Source: an uncultured Alphaproteobacteria bacterium (lineage in GTDB: Bacteria > Pseudomonadota > Alphaproteobacteria > CAAHEQ01 > UBA3637). Taken from it: a stretch of 64,000 nucleotides of DNA. The notes under the pieces are model-generated. The model was not told the DNA's origin, did no database searches, and was given only the letters and a program-made list of their open reading frames with translations. The stretch lies in contig CALXUB010000028.1 of NCBI GenBank assembly GCA_944391565.1, positions 30,738 to 94,737 on the forward strand. Direction: 5' to 3'. Position numbers and translations under genes: made by a program. How positions within the stretch are numbered: position 1 is the stretch's first letter; every line of letters starts with the position of its first letter. Positions 9,857 through 21,159 of this stretch are shown here, in pieces.

Positions 9857-12118
9857 ATGAAAGCGGAACTTTTGGCGCCGGCCGGAGATGTTGAGGCCGG
9901 TTATGCGGCTCTTTTTTATGGTGCTGATGCGGTTTATTTGGGGCTTCAGCAATTTTCGGCGCGGGCGACAGCCGTTAATTTTACACCGGAAACATTGGCT
10001 GATTTTACGGGCTATGCCCATTCATTAAAACGAAAACTTTATGTTGCCGTCAATACTTTGGTGCAGGAAACGGAATTATCCAGCTTGCTTCAAACATTGG
10101 AGGCTTGTCGAACAGCGCAAGCAGATGCGGTGATTTTACAAGATTTAGGGGTTGCTCGTGTCATTCGTGATTCTTTTCCGGAGCTTGAATTACATGCCAG
10201 CACGCAAATGGCCGTTCATAATAAAGAAGGAGCGCTGGCTTTACAGCGATTGGGCTTTACACGGGTTGTTTTGGCGCGTGAGTTGAGCTTGCCTGAAATA
10301 GAAGAAATCGCAGCTATTCCCGGTCTTGAAACCGAAGCCTTTATTCACGGCGCGTTGTGCTATTCTTACAGCGGATTATGTCTGTTTTCATCAATGGAAA
10401 CTGGGAAAAGCGCAAACCGTGGGAAATGTTCTTATCCGTGCCGGGCCTGTTTTCAGGGGCCGCTTGGAGCACGCCATTATTTTTCAATGAAAGATATGGC
10501 TTTATGCGAAGATGTTTTAAAAATGCCCGTCAGCAGCTTAAAAATAGAAGGACGTAAAAAAAGTGCTTTATATGTTGCGGCGGTGACGGATTTTTATCGA
10601 AGAATTTTGGATGGCAAGGGGGTCGATTCGAATCGTGCTGAGAATATTCGGCAGATTTTTTCAAGACCTTGGACAAAGTTTCATTTTTTGGGGAAAAATA
10701 AAGAAGTCGTTGATCCTGATTTTGTAGGGCATCGGGGCCTTGAAATCGGTCAGGTGGAGGTCGCTTTTCAAGGGAAACTTCTGTTTCGGACGAAACATGC
10801 ATTAGCTCGATATGACGGCTTGCAGATTGATGTCAAAGGGTTTGAAAAACCTTTTGGTTTCTCTTTGGAAAAAATGCGTGTTGCAGGTCAATCTGTTTTC
10901 GAGGCTAAGGCCGGTGATAAAGTAGAAGTGTCTTTACCGTCGAACGCGCCTTTTCTCCAAAAGGGTGAAAGAATTTACTTGGCTTCATCAACAGCCGTTA
11001 AAGGAGCTTATCCGTACCAAAAACCAAAAGCAGGAGCCTTTATGCCCAAAACGCCGTTATCTGTGCAACTGGAAATCAAGCCCGACTTATTAAAAGCGCA
11101 GGCAATGGGGCAAACATGTGAGATATTCGGTCAATTTGAAACGGCACAAAATCCGGGAAAAACAACAGCAGCTGCGCATCAAGCATTTGCTAAGACCGAT
11201 CGCGCTCCTTTTTATTTGTCTGATTTGAAGATAGAAAATCCGCAATCGCTGTTTGTTCCCGTTTCTGTATTAAACGATCTTCGTCGACGTTTGTATCAAG
11301 ACCTTGAACTCCCACCAAAAATAACTGCTTTGCCGCCGCTGCCGTCGGCTCTGAAAAACAGGAAAAAAGAGTTTGTTCTGAAAACGGATTCGGCAGCATT
11401 ATTGACCAAGTTGGATTTGACAAATATGACTGAAGTCATTTATTTGCTAAATCCGGAGACGGATGTGGGCTTGTTTAAGCTGCTTCCTAAAAATAAAGTG
11501 CGCTTGGCGCTGCCGACGGTTTGTCGTCGGCCAAAGTGCTTTGCACCGGTTGTTCAGAAGCTGTTGGAGCAAGGCTATCGAAAATGGGAAATCGGTCATG
11601 CGTGGGGATTAGCGCTTTTGCCGGAAAAAGGGATTGACCTGAGTTTTGATACACCGTTTTATATGATGAATACACAAGCTTTTGCCATGGCACAGGAAAT
11701 GGGAGCAACTCGTGCCTGTTTTGCAATTGAGGACACGTTGGAAAATATCCGACAACTAGCGTCAAAGCCGAGTATTGAGACGACATTTGTTATTTATCAG
11801 GATGTTCCTTTGTTTACAAGTGCTGTTTGTTTGCGCGCCAACAGCTGTCGAGAGTGTCCTAAAGATGAAAAATGGAGTCGTTTGCAAAAAGGTAAAGAAC
11901 AGTTTGATGTTCTATCCAAAAACTGTGGGACAACGGTATTTTCGGCTGAACCTTTGTGTTTGGCATCTGAAGCCGCTTCCGTTTCGGCTGATTACTATCG
12001 GATAGATTTCGTCGGAAAGGTGTATTCACCTGAAAAAGCGGCTTATTTGCTGGACCAGCTTTCCCATTTCAAAGACGTGCTCGGCAGCAGAAAAGGCAAT
12101 ATGCAACGGCGTCTTTAA
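9857..12118 (+). CDS. Peptidase U32 family protein (large form)
   Basis: N-terminal ELLAPAGD...ADAVY U32 signature; 753 aa. Confidence 0.65.
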   Translation: MKAELLAPAGDVEAGYAALFYGADAVYLGLQQFSARATAVNFTPETLADFTGYAHSLKRKLYVAVNTLVQETELSSLLQTLEACRTAQADAVILQDLGVARVIRDSFPELELHASTQMAVHNKEGALALQRLGFTRVVLARELSLPEIEEIAAIPGLETEAFIHGALCYSYSGLCLFSSMETGKSANRGKCSYPCRACFQGPLGARHYFSMKDMALCEDVLKMPVSSLKIEGRKKSALYVAAVTDFYRRILDGKGVDSNRAENIRQIFSRPWTKFHFLGKNKEVVDPDFVGHRGLEIGQVEVAFQGKLLFRTKHALARYDGLQIDVKGFEKPFGFSLEKMRVAGQSVFEAKAGDKVEVSLPSNAPFLQKGERIYLASSTAVKGAYPYQKPKAGAFMPKTPLSVQLEIKPDLLKAQAMGQTCEIFGQFETAQNPGKTTAAAHQAFAKTDRAPFYLSDLKIENPQSLFVPVSVLNDLRRRLYQDLELPPKITALPPLPSALKNRKKEFVLKTDSAALLTKLDLTNMTEVIYLLNPETDVGLFKLLPKNKVRLALPTVCRRPKCFAPVVQKLLEQGYRKWEIGHAWGLALLPEKGIDLSFDTPFYMMNTQAFAMAQEMGATRACFAIEDTLENIRQLASKPSIETTFVIYQDVPLFTSAVCLRANSCRECPKDEKWSRLQKGKEQFDVLSKNCGTTVFSAEPLCLASEAASVSADYYRIDFVGKVYSPEKAAYLLDQLSHFKDVLGSRKGNMQRRL

Positions 12119-13959
12119 CTCTTTTCGAGTTCATCACCCAACTTCAGCCACTTTTCTTCCAAAGAAGCAATTTGTTTATCCAGTTGAGCAAGTTCTTTTT
12201 GGAGGTTTGTTATTTCGCCGGGCGTTAAAGGTTCCATAAAACGGTTTTCAATTTGCTCTTTTTGCTGATTGAGGGCCTCCATTGTTTGTTCAAGACGTTG
12301 CATTTCCTTTTTTAAAGGAGCCAAGACGGCTCGTTTTTGCGCTTGAATCCGACGTTCTGTTTTGGCAGAAACATTTTCTTTTTTATCTTTGGCGGTCATT
12401 GCCGGATCTTCCAACAATAATTTTTTGTAATCTTCCAGGTCACCGTCAAAGGGGCGGCAGGTTTGATTTTGAACCAGCCAGAGCTTATCGGCGATTAACT
12501 CAATCAAGTGTAAATCATGCGTGATTAAAAGAACAGCCCCTTCATAAGCATTTAATGCTTCGATTAACGCATCTCGTGCATCCATATCTAAATGGTTAGT
12601 CGGTTCATCTAAAATAAACAGCGCAGGTGCTTCACGACTCATGGCCGCGAAAAGCAATCGCGCTTTTTCGCCACCGGACAGTCTTTTGATAAGTGTTAAA
12701 GCTTTTTCACCTTCCAACCCAAAGCGTGCCAAGTGTGATCGGACTTTTGTTTCGGTCGCGTCATTCATTAAACCGGACATAAACCCGAGTGCCGTTTTTT
12801 CCAGTGGCAGTTCTTCTGCCTGATGCTGAGCAAAATAACCGACGCTGATTTTTTTGGAATGAGAGATGGTTCCTTCCAAAGGTTTTAACCGTCCGGCCAA
12901 CAGTTTTGCGAGCGTTGATTTTCCGTTGCCGTTTGCACCTAAAAGAGCGATTCGATCATCGCTGTCAATTTGAAGTGTCAAATTTTTAAGAACTGCTTTT
13001 CCGTTATAACCGACAGCCGCTTTTTCAAGTGTGATCAGCGGGGGAGCCAAATGAACCGGTTGAGGAAAATCAAAACGAGCACCTCCTTCATCCGTTAAAA
13101 GAGGAATAGTTTCCATCTTTGCAAGCATTTTTAATCGGCTTTGCGCTTGTTTGGCCTTTGTGGCCTTGTAGCGAAAACGGTCAACGAAAGATTGCAGATG
13201 TTGTCTTTTTTGTTCCTGCTTCGCTGCCAACTTTTGCAAAAGTTCTTGTTTTTGCGTGCGTGTTTGCACAAAAGTGTCATAATTACCGCTATAAAGAGAC
13301 AGAGTTTGATGTTCCAGATGAAGGATTTGTGTGCATAATGCGTTTAAAACAGTTCGATCATGGCTGATTAACAAAAGAGTTCCACGATATTTTTGCAAAT
13401 GTGAAACAAACCATAAAACGGCTTCCAAATCCAAGTGATTGGTCGGTTCATCCAATAAAAGATAATCAGAAGGGGCAAACAATGTTCCGGCCAAGGCAAC
13501 CCGCATACGCCAACCTCCGGAAAACTCAGAAAGCGGACGATAAATATCTTTTTCTTGGAAACCGAGACCTGTTAAAATATGCGCAGCACGAGCAGGGGCT
13601 CCGTCTGCATCAATCATTGTCAGACGTTCATGAATATCTGCCAGTTCTTCTGCATCTGCCGTTTCCAGTCTTTTTAAAAGAACCATCCGTTCCGTATCTT
13701 TTTCTAAAACGTAATCCAACAGTGATAAAGAAAGATCGGATAATTCTTGTTCCATATAAGCTATTTTAGTGCGCGCCGGAAAAGAAACGGTTCCCGTTTC
13801 TGTACCGATTTCGCCGAGCAGAACACGAAATAAAGTTGATTTTCCGCATCCGTTTAATCCGACCAACCCGACTTTTTGTCGGTCAGAGATGTGTGCACTG
13901 GCATGAGAAAGCAAAACATGAGATCCCATGCGAACCGTAATGTCATTTATGTCAATCAT
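12115..13959 (-). CDS. ABC-F family ATPase (two ABC domains plus C-terminal coiled coil; Uup/EttA-like)
   Basis: Two Walker A sites (GLNGCGKST, GANGNGKST), LSGG signatures, coiled-coil tail; start taken at MIDINDIT. Confidence 0.75.
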   Translation of the reverse strand: MIDINDITVRMGSHVLLSHASAHISDRQKVGLVGLNGCGKSTLFRVLLGEIGTETGTVSFPARTKIAYMEQELSDLSLSLLDYVLEKDTERMVLLKRLETADAEELADIHERLTMIDADGAPARAAHILTGLGFQEKDIYRPLSEFSGGWRMRVALAGTLFAPSDYLLLDEPTNHLDLEAVLWFVSHLQKYRGTLLLISHDRTVLNALCTQILHLEHQTLSLYSGNYDTFVQTRTQKQELLQKLAAKQEQKRQHLQSFVDRFRYKATKAKQAQSRLKMLAKMETIPLLTDEGGARFDFPQPVHLAPPLITLEKAAVGYNGKAVLKNLTLQIDSDDRIALLGANGNGKSTLAKLLAGRLKPLEGTISHSKKISVGYFAQHQAEELPLEKTALGFMSGLMNDATETKVRSHLARFGLEGEKALTLIKRLSGGEKARLLFAAMSREAPALFILDEPTNHLDMDARDALIEALNAYEGAVLLITHDLHLIELIADKLWLVQNQTCRPFDGDLEDYKKLLLEDPAMTAKDKKENVSAKTERRIQAQKRAVLAPLKKEMQRLEQTMEALNQQKEQIENRFMEPLTPGEITNLQKELAQLDKQIASLEEKWLKLGDELEKS

Positions 13960-14060
13960 GTTGCTCAGCCTAACAAAAACAAACAAGATTGTAAAGTTTT
14001 TGATAAAACTCTTGAAAAAGAAAAGAAGAGTAGTCTATATTCAATAACAAAGGGGAGTAA

Positions 14061-15180
14061 GATGTTCTTTTTTATAACGACAATTTTAACGCTTTTAATG
14101 GCAGCCTACGTTATTAAATCAGTGGTTTTGCCGTTGTCAGTTGCCTTATGGATCAGGGTGGTGTTGGCTGTTTTGATTTTGATCGGTTCTCAGAAAATGG
14201 GAATTTATTGGTTTTTAGGGAATATATTTCCTTTTTTGCAAATGAGGGGTGTTATGATTTTTTTCGGAATTGCACAAGCTTGGATTTTGATGATGTTTCT
14301 GGGTGCTATTGTGCTGAATGTGCTCAGCCTATTTAAAGTTTTTATCCCGGCGGCTTTGCCGATTATGTTGATTGCCACTTTACTGATAGCTGTTTTTTCG
14401 GTGTGGCAAGCTTTGCGGGTACCGTCAGTTAAAAAGGTAAATGTTGCATTGAGCGGTCTGTCCCAATCATGGCAGCCGCTTCGTATCGTTCAGCTGTCAG
14501 ATTTGCACATCGGTTCCGGCTTTAATGGAAAATGGTTGTCTTTGGTTGTGGAAAAGACCAATGCCTTAAAACCTGATTTAATCCTGATTACGGGTGATTT
14601 GATTGATGGTTCGCCGACAAGCTTGATGCCTGAGCTGCAGCCGTTGAAGAAATTAAAAGCTCCTCAAGGTGTATTGATGGTTTATGGTAATCATGAGTAT
14701 TATTATGGCCCTGAACGATGGATGCCGGCTTTTAAAGAGTTAGGGCTGGACATTGTTATGAATGAAGCACGCGTTTTGGATAATGCCGGAACGCCTTTTG
14801 TCGTCGGAGGTTTACCGATGCCGGGAGCTAATCGATTTAGCCTGCCGGCGCCGCAATTATCTAAAACTTTTGAAAAAGTTGATAAAGACTTACCCCGTTT
14901 TTTAATGGCACATTATCCGTCACAAGTGCAGGATGCGGCAAAGCATCAGGTTCTTATGCAGTTTTCCGGTCATACCCATGGCGGTCAGCTGTTTTGGCCG
15001 TTGAACATTCCGGCGTCTTCCGCTAACAATGGTTTTTTAAAGGGTTTTTATCAAGTCGGTCCGACACGGCTTTATGTCAGCTCCGGAACAGGCTTGTGGG
15101 GTGGTTTTCCGGTCAGATTGGGAACAACACCCGAAATTACGCTTTTTACGATTGAAAGAGCGGAGAACCACGGCGCATAA
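14061..15180 (+). CDS. Membrane-anchored calcineurin-like metallophosphoesterase
   Basis: N-terminal TM helices, then LSDLHIG...GDLIDG...GNHEY...GHTHGGQ phosphoesterase motifs; RBS before the ATG at 14061. Confidence 0.65.
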
Positions 15181-15871
15181 TATCTTCAATTTCTATGCTG
15201 CGGGTTGTATTATCCTGGTGCAGGATAAAACCCGGGTGTAAAGAAAAAGATTTGCGAGAGCCGAGAGTTCCTTGTATTAAAACACGTTTCGGTTTTTTTC
15301 CGCTTCTCGGCCAAAACGGAACCAGTATCAGTCCCCCTAGTTTCGGATTAAGCAAAGACAGGATTTCGGGAACTCTTTCAGCTCTGTGAATGAGTGTTAA
15401 GGTTCCTTTTGGCTTAACTTTCTTGATGCAAAATGACAGCCAATCAGATAAAGGAACGTTCTCTTTATGTGCGATCGCCACGGTTTTATTCTGTCTTTGG
15501 GGTGTTTCGGTAAAATAGGGGGGATTCGTGACAACATGATCAAATGTTAAACCAGCCAAAACAGTTGGTGGATTGGCGACGTCGCCCTTCAAAAGGTGCA
15601 TTGAAACCTGATTGAGTTCTGCATTTTGCTTGGCAACTTCAATCATTTCATCCTGAATATCTATTCCTGTTATAGACAATCCTTTAACCCGCGCATTCAA
15701 ACATAAAGCAACAGCACCGGTGCCTATGCCGACGTCTAATACGCTTTGACCGGTTTTGGCAGGAACGGCGGCTGCCAATAAAACGGCATCGCTGGTTGCA
15801 CGATATCCTTCTTTGGGTTGTCTTAAACGAACAAGGCCGCCTAAGAAATCATCTGTGGTGTAGGCTTCCAT
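15146..15871 (-). CDS. SAM-dependent N6-adenine methyltransferase, tRNA m6A37 (TrmN6/YfiC)-like
   Basis: DVGIGTGAV SAM motif and NPPYF catalytic motif; about 240 aa. Confidence 0.55.
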   Translation of the reverse strand: MEAYTTDDFLGGLVRLRQPKEGYRATSDAVLLAAAVPAKTGQSVLDVGIGTGAVALCLNARVKGLSITGIDIQDEMIEVAKQNAELNQVSMHLLKGDVANPPTVLAGLTFDHVVTNPPYFTETPQRQNKTVAIAHKENVPLSDWLSFCIKKVKPKGTLTLIHRAERVPEILSLLNPKLGGLILVPFWPRSGKKPKRVLIQGTLGSRKSFSLHPGFILHQDNTTRSIEIEDIMRRGSPLFQS

Positions 15872-15892
15872 CAGCTTTTCCTTTGCCGATAA

Positions 15893-16345
15893 TCAACGGT
15901 CTTGGCCGCGATTAGCCGGGAAACGGCCAAAATTGCCAATCATTTCTTCCCAAACGCTTAAATCTTTTCCATAAGTTTTTGTTTTATCAGTGTCGTAAGG
16001 AACATCGATTCCGTCAGCCAATGTCAATTCTTGAATCTTTTCGACGACACCGTCTTGATTAAAGGTAATGACATCAACATTACGTTCAATTTCTTTTGCC
16101 GGCAGAAAAGCTCGCTGCTGTTCTTTCGAGGCAATATAAAGCCAAGATTCTTTTTCAAACAGCGTAATAGATGTAGGAGAGCCGATCAAACGGGTGACAT
16201 CTTCTTTGGTATGTTTGCCGGGTTTAATGGCATGCAGGCGAATTTCCGAAGGTGTATCGCCGACTTGAGTGACAGGAAGACTGCAAGCTGTCAGACTTAA
16301 GCAGCAGACCGCACAAAAAAATAAACTTATCTTGCTCATTTTCAT
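15893..16345 (-). CDS. Small outer-membrane lipoprotein (BamE/SmpA-like)
   Basis: Lipobox LTAC after the signal peptide; 150 aa. Confidence 0.4.
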   Translation of the reverse strand: MKMSKISLFFCAVCCLSLTACSLPVTQVGDTPSEIRLHAIKPGKHTKEDVTRLIGSPTSITLFEKESWLYIASKEQQRAFLPAKEIERNVDVITFNQDGVVEKIQELTLADGIDVPYDTDKTKTYGKDLSVWEEMIGNFGRFPANRGQDR

Positions 16346-16403
16346 CTTCTTTCCTATAATCTACCTAAGATATAATCGAAAAAATGAAAAAAGGAAAGAA
16401 AAA

Positions 16404-16940
16404 ATGCAACAATTTTCAGAGCTGCCTACTCTAATAGACGTATATAAAATCCCCGAAAAAGGAAAACGCGTAAAAATTACGGCGACCTTAGAACAGTGTC
16501 AAGCCATTGCGAAGCGGTTAAGAATTCCGGCAGTTTCATCTTTGTCGGCTTTCGTGGAAGTGACAAACGGTTCCTCCATTCGCGTGAAGGGACATTTCCG
16601 TGCCGAATTAAAGCAAACTTGTGTTATCACTTTAGAAACGATTGATACCCGGGTGCAGGGAGACTTTGAGGAATTTTTTACCTTGTCATCTGTTCCCCAT
16701 CATAAGAATGAAGTTCTTGATTTAGATCTGGAAGACAAGGATCCCCTTCCGCTGGAAGGGCATGAATTGGATGTCGGTGAGTTGGTGCTGGAACATTTAT
16801 CATTGGCCATGGATCCATATCCCAGAAAAAAAGGACTGCCGTCAGACTTTTTCTTCAAAGATGATGCGTTTGATTCGCCTCAAAGAGAAAATCCTTTTGC
16901 TAAACTGGCAGACTTCAAACCTAAGAAAACTTCTTCTTGA
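16404..16940 (+). CDS. yceD: YceD/DUF177 family protein
   Basis: Family-typical acidic protein with conserved blocks; RBS AAGGAAAG before the ATG at 16404. Confidence 0.45.
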   Translation: MQQFSELPTLIDVYKIPEKGKRVKITATLEQCQAIAKRLRIPAVSSLSAFVEVTNGSSIRVKGHFRAELKQTCVITLETIDTRVQGDFEEFFTLSSVPHHKNEVLDLDLEDKDPLPLEGHELDVGELVLEHLSLAMDPYPRKKGLPSDFFFKDDAFDSPQRENPFAKLADFKPKKTSS

Positions 16941-16991
16941 TTTTATATAAAAAAAATGCTAGATTGAAAATGTCAGTAAAAGGAGGCCGCT

Positions 16992-17654
16992 ATGGAAGAA
17001 GTGAAAAAAGTGAATGTGAAGCCGGTACAACAAACGAATCAGACTTTTAATCATAAAACAGTCAATTTAGACAAAGTCAACATTCGTAATATTCCGAGTT
17101 TTGATGAAAACACTCGAACGGCGGAAGTTTTCAATGAAATTACGGCGGATGGTAGAGTGACTCGAGAAGAGTTCGGTCAAATGCTGAAAGTGCATTCACA
17201 GATCATTCGTGACTTTTTAGTGGCACAGGAAACGGTGGCTCAGTTAGAAAGAAATCCCAAAGCAACTGCAGAAGAACTGGACGCTGCCCGTTTTATGCTT
17301 CAATGGCTGATGATTGAGCGGGATAAATCTTATCAATATACTTATCAGGCTTTCTTTTATAATCAGCTGCCTCAGGAAGAAATCAAAAAGCGTGAGATGC
17401 GTCGTCAGATCGGCGAGCATATCAAACTGGATATTAATCCGTATTTGATTTTCGGCATGGAAGGTTCGGCGCATAAGATTTTTGATTATGTCCGCGAAAA
17501 AGAGCAAAAAGTGATGATGACACCGGAAGAGTTGAAAAAAACACAGCAAAAAATCCAACAAAAGCTGGAAGAACTGGTCGAAGTTAAAAATCCTGAAGAA
17601 CGGAATTTAATGCTGCAACGTTTCTTGCAAGAAGAAAAACAACGCGTGGCTTAA
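16992..17654 (+). CDS. Hypothetical protein (220 aa), charged and helical
   Basis: Long ORF with good RBS (AAAGGAGG) and no recognisable motif. Confidence 0.4.
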   Translation: MEEVKKVNVKPVQQTNQTFNHKTVNLDKVNIRNIPSFDENTRTAEVFNEITADGRVTREEFGQMLKVHSQIIRDFLVAQETVAQLERNPKATAEELDAARFMLQWLMIERDKSYQYTYQAFFYNQLPQEEIKKREMRRQIGEHIKLDINPYLIFGMEGSAHKIFDYVREKEQKVMMTPEELKKTQQKIQQKLEELVEVKNPEERNLMLQRFLQEEKQRVA

Positions 17655-17746
17655 AAAAAGCTCTTGACAAGTATTTTAAAAACAGATATATAAGAAGCCT
17701 TCGTAATAGAAGAATGATTTTTAACAAATGAAACGGAGAAAAAGCC

Positions 17747-17881
17747 ATGAAACGTACATATCAACCTTCACAATTGGTTCGCTCTCGCCGTCATGGTTTC
17801 AGAAGCCGCATGGCAACGGTCGGTGGTCGCAAGGTGTTAAGTGCTCGTCGTCGTAAAGGCCGTAAGGTTTTAAGCGCCTAA
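17747..17881 (+). CDS. rpmH: 50S ribosomal protein L34
   Basis: [44 protein letters not shown]; absent from the ORF track because it is under 60 aa. Confidence 0.9.
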   Translation: MKRTYQPSQLVRSRRHGFRSRMATVGGRKVLSARRRKGRKVLSA

Positions 17882-17898
17882 GACCTAGGGGTTCACCC

Positions 17899-18255
17899 AT
17901 GGGAGCTTTGGTGCGGTTGAAAAAACGCAGAGAGTTTGTCAAAATTGCCGAACAAGGGCAAAAATACGTGACTTCGGGTCTGATTTTGCAAGCCCTTTTT
18001 CGTTCAGAAGATACACGATTTCAAGATGCGATACGTGTTGGTTTCACGACAAGCCGAAAGGTGGGAAATGCCGTGAAACGCAACCGTGTCCGTCGTCGTT
18101 TACGCGAGGTTGCGCGTTTCGTGTTGCCTCAAATGGGACAGCCTGGCACCGACTATGTCATTATCGGTCGGACAAAAACAGCAGACAGACCGTTTGCCTG
18201 CCTTATCGAAGATTTGAAAGATGCACTGAAAAATACTAAAGGGACAGATTCATGA
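17899..18255 (+). CDS. rnpA: RNase P protein component
   Basis: Position after rpmH; basic 118-aa protein. Confidence 0.8.
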   Translation: MGALVRLKKRREFVKIAEQGQKYVTSGLILQALFRSEDTRFQDAIRVGFTTSRKVGNAVKRNRVRRRLREVARFVLPQMGQPGTDYVIIGRTKTADRPFACLIEDLKDALKNTKGTDS

Positions 18256-18503
18256 ATATTCTGCAGCAAATCGGAGTATTTCTGATTGATTGCTATCGCG
18301 CTTTAATTTCGCCTTTTAAAGTGCCTTGCTGTCGTTTTCAGCCGACCTGTTCCCAATATGCGAAAACGGCAATACAAAAACATGGATTTTTTAAAGGAAG
18401 TCTGCTAGCATGCAAACGACTCTTGAGATGTCACCCTTGGGGCGGCAGCGGTTATGATCCCGTCCCCGATAATTTAAAGGAAAAACATACGAATGAAAAA
18501 TGA
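18252..18503 (+). CDS. yidD: Membrane protein insertion efficiency factor
   Basis: 83 aa with conserved Cys pattern; sits between rnpA and yidC. Confidence 0.75.
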   Translation: MNILQQIGVFLIDCYRALISPFKVPCCRFQPTCSQYAKTAIQKHGFFKGSLLACKRLLRCHPWGGSGYDPVPDNLKEKHTNEK

Positions 18504-20166
18504 AAATAAAGGTATCCTGACAGCGGTTTTATTATCTTTGGTTGTTATTTTCGGAATGGAGCTGCTCTTTCCCACTCAAAAGCAAGCGCCGGCACCCGCC
18601 ACTTCTGTTCAGCCGATTTCCGTGGAAACGGTCGACACGGTTGCCGTACCGGAGGTTGTTCTTCCTGCTGAAGAAGAAGAGGGCCCTATCGTATCAATTC
18701 AAAGTGATACTTTGTCTGGTTCGATTCGCTTAAAAGGAGCTCGGTTCGATAATCTTGTTTTTTCGAAATATAAAGAAACGACGGCAGCCGACAGTCCGGA
18801 TGTTTCTTTTTTAACGTCCCGTTTTTTTGCTGATTTCTCTGTTGCTGTTTCGAATAAAGGAATAGACATACCGACGGCGGAAACAATATGGACAGCCAAT
18901 CAAACTGTTTTAACGCCGGAACAACCGATTACTTTGAAGTGGCAAAATGAACAAGGTTTTGTTTTTGAGCGTACAATTGCTTTAGATGAAGAGTATATGT
19001 TTACAATTACGGATCGGGTGACAAATCCAACAGAGCAGGCTGTTTCTTTTGCTTTCGGCGGTGTTATAACTCGGATTGACCCGCCCGAAAAAGGAACGGC
19101 AACCGTGCATGAAGGATTTGTCGGCGTCATGAACGAGACATTAGAAGAAGAAAAATATGCCGTTTTGAAAGATGACCGTGAAAAATCTTTTAAGACGACA
19201 GGCGGTTGGATTGGCCAAACCGATAAATACTGGTTGGCTGCAATGGCTTTTAATCAACAAACAGCTGGCGTTAAAGCTGATTACCTTTATCGTGATATTC
19301 AGGGGAAAAATGTTTTTCAAACACGCTTTGTGATGCCGCCGCTTCTTCTGAACAAAGGAGGAGTTCAGGAAAATAAGACTTTTTTCTTTGCCGGTCCGAA
19401 AGAATTGAAGATCATTACGGATTATATGGATCGATTGGGTATAGAAAAGTTTGATTTAGCTATTGATTTTGGTTGGTATTACTTTTTGACAAAGCCATTC
19501 CTTTATATTTTGGGATGGTTAAATCAACTTGTCGGCAACATGGGGATTGCGATTTTAATTTTTGCGACTTTGTTAAGAATTTTATTGCTGCCGATCGCCG
19601 GTAAATCTTTTGAAAGCATGGCTAAAATGCGCAAACTTCAACCAAAGATTCAAGAGATACAAGAACGCTTTAAACATGACAAGCTGCGTCAAAATCAAGA
19701 AACGATGGCCTTATATAAAAAGGCTCAGGTTAATCCGGCTGCCGGTTGTTTGCCTTTGTTTATTCAAATTCCGGTGTTCTTTTCTTTGTATAAGGTTTTG
19801 TCTGTTTCTATAGAGATGCGTCAGGCTCCGTTTTTCGGGTGGATACATGATTTATCCGCTCCAGATCCGTCTTCTGTTTTTACGTTGTTCGGTTATCTTC
19901 CTTGGCCGATTCCGGGGATTTTGAATATTGGCGTTTGGCCGGTTTTAATGGGCTTGACAATGTATCTGCAACAAAAGATGTCGTCACCTTCGACCGTGAA
20001 TGCTCAAGAAAATCCGGCGTTGTCCGCTATGAAATGGATGCCGCTGATATTCATGTTTATGATGGGCCATTTTGCTTCCGGTTTGGTGATTTACTGGACA
20101 TGGAGCAACATTTTGTCGATTGCTCAGCAACGTTATGTGATGCATAAATACGGTGTAGATAAATGA
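18493..20166 (+). CDS. yidC: Membrane protein insertase YidC
   Basis: 557 aa; large periplasmic domain plus C-terminal 5-TM core. Confidence 0.85.
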   Translation: MKNENKGILTAVLLSLVVIFGMELLFPTQKQAPAPATSVQPISVETVDTVAVPEVVLPAEEEEGPIVSIQSDTLSGSIRLKGARFDNLVFSKYKETTAADSPDVSFLTSRFFADFSVAVSNKGIDIPTAETIWTANQTVLTPEQPITLKWQNEQGFVFERTIALDEEYMFTITDRVTNPTEQAVSFAFGGVITRIDPPEKGTATVHEGFVGVMNETLEEEKYAVLKDDREKSFKTTGGWIGQTDKYWLAAMAFNQQTAGVKADYLYRDIQGKNVFQTRFVMPPLLLNKGGVQENKTFFFAGPKELKIITDYMDRLGIEKFDLAIDFGWYYFLTKPFLYILGWLNQLVGNMGIAILIFATLLRILLLPIAGKSFESMAKMRKLQPKIQEIQERFKHDKLRQNQETMALYKKAQVNPAAGCLPLFIQIPVFFSLYKVLSVSIEMRQAPFFGWIHDLSAPDPSSVFTLFGYLPWPIPGILNIGVWPVLMGLTMYLQQKMSSPSTVNAQENPALSAMKWMPLIFMFMMGHFASGLVIYWTWSNILSIAQQRYVMHKYGVDK

Positions 20167-20795
20167 ACAAAAAAGAGGATTTCATCGAAGCCGGTCGTAT
20201 TTTGTTTCATCAACCTTGCACATTTGTGTTAGGTGTGGCTCAGCCTGAGCAAGTACCACCGGCGGATCGCCTTGAGATTGCTTTTGCGGGACGTTCTAAT
20301 GTAGGTAAGTCGAGTCTTATCAATGCTCTTGTTCGTCGTAAGGATTTGGCTCGAGCTTCCTCAACTCCGGGGCGGACTCAACAGCTAAACTATTTTAACT
20401 TAGCCGATTCGCTTTATTTGGTGGATCTGCCCGGTTATGGGTTCGCAAACGCACCTGAAAAAAATGTTAGGCTTTGGAATAGCTTGGTTTTTTCTTATTT
20501 GAAGGGACGTCCCTCTTTGCGTCGTGTTTTTTTGCTGATTGACAGTCGTCAAGGAATAACTAAAAAAGATTTGGAAGTGATGGAAATGTTGGATAAGGCA
20601 GCCGTTTCTTATCAAATTGTTTTAACAAAAGCAGATAAGTTAAAATCCATGACCTTGGAAAAAATAAAGAATGAAACCCAAGAGCAAATGAAGAATCATA
20701 CGGCTTGCTATCCAGACTTGATTGTGACCAGTTCTGAGAAAAATTTTGGTATTGAGGCTGTTCGAGCGGCTATTGCAGAATTGTTGGCCCATTAA
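20163..20795 (+). CDS. engB: Ribosome biogenesis GTP-binding protein YihA/EngB
   Basis: G1 motif GRSNVGKSS, DLPGYG, and TKADK (NKxD-type). Confidence 0.8.
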   Translation: MNKKEDFIEAGRILFHQPCTFVLGVAQPEQVPPADRLEIAFAGRSNVGKSSLINALVRRKDLARASSTPGRTQQLNYFNLADSLYLVDLPGYGFANAPEKNVRLWNSLVFSYLKGRPSLRRVFLLIDSRQGITKKDLEVMEMLDKAAVSYQIVLTKADKLKSMTLEKIKNETQEQMKNHTACYPDLIVTSSEKNFGIEAVRAAIAELLAH

Positions 20796-21159
20796 TTGCC
20801 CCTTTTAAATCGGGCGATCTTTTAATCATGACACACAAGTAAGACTATAGCCGAAATTTAATACTCTTAAAAATGAAACGCCTCTTTAATTATTTATTTA
20901 ATTAAATCATACTTTTTATCAAAGAGGACACACAGGAGTGCGTATTTAAGAGAGAATCGTCTTCTTTATTCACACTTTATTGTTTGTTGAAAGGGGATGA
21001 TTCAAGCTTTTTTTGTAAAAATAAAAGACTAAAAATATTTACGTATGTCATGAACATATTTACTTATTATTTTTTAAGTTTAACCTTAAAAAGGGATTGA
21101 TTTAATAATTTAATCTCTTTAAAGTTGACATTGTATTCATTCAAAGAAGGGAGATAAAA

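Noticed and set aside
13876-14060. Long N-terminal extension of the phosphoesterase ORF
   Set aside because: It overlaps the divergent ABC-F gene start. The ATG at 14061 has an AAAGGGGAG RBS and begins the TM segment.
20796-21159. 364-bp AT-rich spacer as a possible small-RNA or mobile-element remnant
   Set aside because: Only short AT palindromes (TTAATTATTTATTTAATTAA) and promoter-like sequence were found. No repeats, ORF fragments or hairpin/terminator structure were seen.
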